Below are positions 60,072-64,000 of a stretch of 64,000 nt of DNA, in pieces (the stretch's first letter is position 1; each line of letters begins with the position of its first letter). The position numbers and the translations under genes were made by a program. This stretch comes from Neodothiora populina (lineage: Eukaryota). The DNA lies in assembly GCF_041146345.1 (NCBI RefSeq), contig NW_027191410.1, positions 620,001-684,000 on the forward strand, read 5' to 3'. The notes under the pieces were generated by a model, which saw nothing but the letters and a program-made list of their open reading frames with translations, was not told the origin of the DNA and ran no database searches.

Positions 60072-62175
60072 CTACTCGCGCAAGCGCAGGTGATAAGTCT
60101 GTAGTTGCTCCTCGGTCATCCTCGACGGACTCTTGACCAGCAAGTCCTCGCCCTTGCCACTCTTGGGGAAAGCAATGACGTCTCTGACTGACTCGCGGCC
60201 GAGCATGACTGCAACAAGCCTGTCGAAGCCCAGAGCCAACCCTGCGTGTGGCGGACAGCCGGCGCGCAAGACCTCGATCAAGTGCGCAAAGTCCTTGAGG
60301 CGCTCGTCGCTCATTTTCAATATGTCGCGGAGAACGAGCTCTTGCACGGCGGCACTATGGATACGACGACTGCCTCCGCCGAGCTCGACGCCATTGACCA
60401 CCAGGTCGTAGTGCTCGGCTTTGACTTCACGCGGGTTTGTGAGTAGCAGGTCGACGTCTTCGGCGGTTTTGGGCGCGGTGAATGGATGGTGGGTGGCTGA
60501 TAGCCCCGCTGAGCCACCTTGGCCCGGTTCAGATGTTGAGGTGGGAGAGAATAGTGGGAAGTCGGTGACCCACATGAAGTCAAATCCTTCGGGCGCAGGA
60601 ATAAAGTCCCATGCTACGGCGGCTTTGTGAAGTGCCAAGCGGAGGTTTCCCATGAGAGTGGAGCCTCCGAAGAGAGGTTCTCTTGGACGAGCTTGCAAAA
60701 CGACAAGATCACCATCTGTCAAGTCCAGCGTGTCTTCCAAAACCTCTGCTGCCTCGAATCCGAATGCTTGGAGTCCGGATAATGGGCGGCGTGGATCAAA
60801 GATGAAGATACCGGGTTGACCATCAGGGTTTTCGTTGAAAGGCTTAGATTCGGGCGAGTCCATGAACTTGGTGACGAACTTGCGCGTGCGAGCGGGATCA
60901 TCGGAAATGGGTATTTTCATCACTTCCACGATCGGGTCGTTCAGAGGTCCAATCTTGCCAATGAGATCCACAGGCAATAGGTATTCGATGCGTTGGATCT
61001 TGGATCCGTATCTTCTGTCAGGCTTATCAGAGCCATAAGTAGACATTGCCTCTTCATAAGTGAGCCTAGGAAAGGCGTCAGGGCGTTCCACACCGAGCAG
61101 AGTCGACCAGAGCTTCTTAACAGTGCGTTCGACGGCACTCATCACATCTTTGCCCGTTGCAAATGCCATTTCCAGATCCACCTGGGTGAACTCTGGCTGT
61201 CGATCTGCTCTCAGATCTTCGTCACGGAAGCACTTTGCGAACTGCAGGTATCTCGGTATGCCACTCGCCATCAGAATCTGCTTGTACTGCTGAGGACTTT
61301 GGGGTAGTGCATAGGCCATGCCCTCTGCTCTAGTCGGTACTAAAAACTCTCTGGCTCCCTCAGGGGTGGACTTGAACAGAAGCGGAGTTTCCACTTCGAT
61401 AAATCCTTGATTTTCGCAAAGCTCGGTACGTATGATGCTTGCTGCGCGACTTCGGAATCGCAAAGCATCTCTCAACCGCTTCTCGTTACGAATTTGTAGA
61501 TGCCTTTGCTCAGGAGGAAAGACGGTTTCGTCGGTCACAATGATATCCTTTGGGAAGTGATTGAGAGGAGCTATGTCCGTCAACTCAACCTCTACCTCGG
61601 TGATCTGTGTTGTCTCTTCTTGAATTTTGGAAGATGATGGCTTGGCCTTGCGACCCTTCACGAAGCCAGTAATGGCCACAGGAGAGTCATTGTTCAGTGA
61701 CTTTAGGCTAGCATATGCAGCATTCTGCGCCGCGTCGCCTTTTTGCACGGCGACTACTTGGACAACATGAGTAAGATCAGTACTTTGCAATTCCACAAAG
61801 ATCAGGTTCTTGCCAGCTTGGCGTTTGTTGCCGAGGTAGCCATGTAGCACTACCTGCTTTTCTACTGCTGTGTCGACGTTCTGTCCGAGATCTTTGATAT
61901 CACATGTGGCTGCTTGGAAATGGACTGGAGACAAGTCAGCCACGGTCGGATTGACAATCAATATGCATACATGTCTCCTTGAAGTCTCTGAGAACTGCTT
62001 CCTGATCTACAGTTGCGAGGTTTCGCGAACATGAGAAGCTTCTACATGAAGTTGGTGTGGTGCCAAGTGGAGTATTGGTCGATGACTTTTTTGGGATGCT
62101 GCGGATCACTTTTGCACACGCATTTTGATACTTGTGCGTGCTAGACACAGCAAGTACGAGTCTTCTGTGGAGCAT
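60072..62175 (-). CDS. MSD1: Mitochondrial aspartyl-tRNA synthetase, 2 exons
   Basis: EVETPLLFKSTPEGAREFLVPTR, YALPQSPQQYKQILM, CFRDEDLRADRQPEFTQ, HHPFTAP, YDLVVNGVELGGGS, PPHAGLALGFDR; presequence exon from ATG 62175. Confidence 0.94.
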
Positions 62176-62357
62176 CAAGTCGCAATAGAAACAATGATGC
62201 AATGGTCCAAATTGATGCGACTGTATCCTCGTTATATCACGGGAGTGCTTGGAACATATGCGACGCAAGGTAGAATGTGCAAGAACGAGTGCACGGGCCA
62301 AGAATGAAATCTCTATATGAAGCCATGTCAGAAGCCCAACTGTGAGTTCTTCTCTTC

Positions 62358-62602
62358 ATGACCTTCCAAAGTTTTTAACTTGTATGTATCCTTTTTCAAG
62401 TGAATCAAGCGAGTGCCTCACTGACATTGTCCGCAGTATGATGAAAGCCTAGTGTGTAAAATTCGAGCTGACCTCAGCCTTCTTGTCGGGCTCTCTCCTT
62501 CGGGTGCTCAAGGGCCTTGCGAGAAGAGTTGAGGTAGCATGAGATCTGCGTTCGGCACACCTCCTTGTTACCAAACGGACGCGAAGATGGCATCTCTGAT
62601 CA
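62358..62602 (+). ncRNA. snR45: Box C/D snoRNA of snR45/U13 type (18S rRNA helix-45 cytidine acetylation guide), interrupted by a 55-nt spliceosomal intron (62382-62436)
   Basis: 5' leader ATGACCTTCCAAAGTTTTTAA resembles the yeast snR45 5' end as I recall it and is near-complementary to 18S GGAAGGAUCAU; box C ATGATGA 62438-62444; CCTTGTTAC 62563-62571 complementary to 18S GUAACAAGG; box D CTGA 62596-62599; TATA-like TATATGAA at ~62314. Confidence 0.82.
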
Positions 62603-62726
62603 TTAACTTTGGAGGACTAGATAGGTCGATATCTTGCTCCATAACTGAGCACAATGAATGTTTTTATGAAAGCAGACGACATCCGTTGCATTATTTCCCT
62701 CATCTTCGTGCCTGTTTTCTCGTAGT

Positions 62727-62879
62727 CCCCGCTGGTCATTATAAACGGGATACCAGGAAGGCCATTTGATGCCGGTATCCCCTTGAGACTCAGCGGTATA
62801 GAAACCAAAGATGAGCATCAGCAACAGGTCGCGCAGCCCTCTGTCGTGGCAGCCTGACCGTAACACTGATGTGACATGT
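62727..62879 (+). ncRNA. Box H/ACA snoRNA (family and targets not identified)
   Basis: Hairpin 1 CCGCTG/CAGCGG with upper stem GGGATACC/GGTATCCC and internal pocket; H box ATAGAA 62798-62803; hairpin 2 CATCAG/CTGATG with upper stem GGTC/GACC; ACA 62874-62876 lying 14 nt after the upper stem. Confidence 0.75.
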
Positions 62880-63521
62880 TTTATTAGGAAAGGTGCACTA
62901 TAATTATAGATCTAGTGATCTGCATGCCCTTCACATATGAATGATGGGAATCAACTGTTCTCTTTTTTTCTTGCTATCATATCGTATAAGACGGGTCAAT
63001 CCTCTGAATGTACGATAAGAGAGCGACAGATGTTGTTCTATAAAGAGTACTTCTTGGTCTGTGTCTGCTATAATTGCGATGGTACCTGAACCCCCCAAGT
63101 CTTTTATTCTGAAGCGCCGATACCCGATCTTCACAGGCTCGGCATCGTCATTGCCGCGGGCGCTCGCGATGGCACCGACACGCATTGGAACAAGCCCCCC
63201 AGGCTGACGGGGATGTCTCGATGTTTGCCTGGTTATACTGAGTGATGTAAGTTGTTATTAGAGAGACTTTGGGTATCTGGGTTTCTCGAGTCTCTGTTTT
63301 TACCAAGCGCGTCTAAATCACAAGCATAGTGTCCGTGGTCGGATCTCAGAGAAATGAAGCCAACCGCGAGATATTGATAATATTACTGTACCTTAATTCA
63401 CGCCTCCGATCGCCTCAGTCCTTCCTTCGCGCCCAACTCGCATTCATTCCTACTACCACGACCGTTCCTTCCTATTCCTTCTTTTTCATATCGCCTCGGG
63501 TCGCACCAAGGGATATTCCCC

Positions 63522-64000
63522 ATGTCTGGCTCTTTTGAGAAGTCGGTAAAGGGCGGCACCAAGATCAAGGTACTTCCTCCCTCCACCAAACAACGGCCAT
63601 CGCAGGCGCGTACCCGCATGCTGAACAATGTGGCTATAGGCTGCACCGCCCAAATCCAAATATGTCGAGCACATCCTCCTTGCGACGCACGCAGGTGAAG
63701 CCGGAGTGGCCGAGATCTTCCGCGCCCTCAAGGATCGTCTGAGAGACTCGACCTGGACTATTGTCTTCAAATCGCTCATTATCATTCATCTTATGATCAA
63801 AGAGGGCGAGAAGGATGTCACCCTCAGTTACCTCGCTCAGTCGCCAAGAAGTAAACTGGCCATCAACACCTTTACCGATGTCCAGACACAGGGTCAGAAT
63901 ATCCGGCGGTACTCAGACTACCTGATTGCGCGCGCTCAGGGCTTCGCCGACACCAAGGTGGATTATGTTCGTTCAGGAACTAGCAGGATGAAGAACCTAC
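63522..64000 (+). CDS. ANTH/ENTH-domain clathrin adaptor (AP180/Yap1801-2-like), 5' part, truncated by window edge
   Basis: MSGSFEKSVKGGTKIK|AAPPKSKYVEHILLAT...IFRALKDRLRDSTWTIVFKSLIIIHLMIKEG; intron 63570-63639. Confidence 0.9.

Overview
Gene-dense, intron-containing chromosomal DNA from a filamentous ascomycete (Pezizomycotina; a Dothideomycete is my guess from protein style, not established). Introns are short GT-AG with CTRAC branch sites. I can support 22 protein-coding genes, mostly housekeeping: FAT1, a purine nucleoside permease, an Mx-like dynamin, a GMPPA-like protein, KRS1, an SDR, EMP65/TAPT1, a TauD dioxygenase, a RING E3, a BTB protein, COX15, a Ppc89/Cep57-like spindle-pole protein, an orphan ORF, REI1, an AZUL-HECT E3, PCK1/acuF, KHA1, TGL4, a cupin, a cytochrome b5-acyl-CoA dehydrogenase, a single-pass membrane protein and MSD1, plus a partial ANTH gene at the right edge. 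Two snoRNA genes sit at about 62.3-62.9 kb: an snR45/U13-type box C/D RNA split by a spliceosomal intron, and a box H/ACA RNA. The most unusual locus is 30.3-33.7 kb. A Ppc89/Cep57-like reading frame is interrupted by one in-frame TAG that sits in a small hairpin loop and continues for about 250 more coding-like codons with RTRP repeats. Downstream of it is an array of four co-varying bulged RNA hairpins, which suggests stop-codon editing or readthrough plus an undescribed 3'UTR RNA element. No transposons, tRNAs, rRNAs or CRISPR arrays were recognised. Gene models were derived by eye, so exon boundaries and some starts are approximate.
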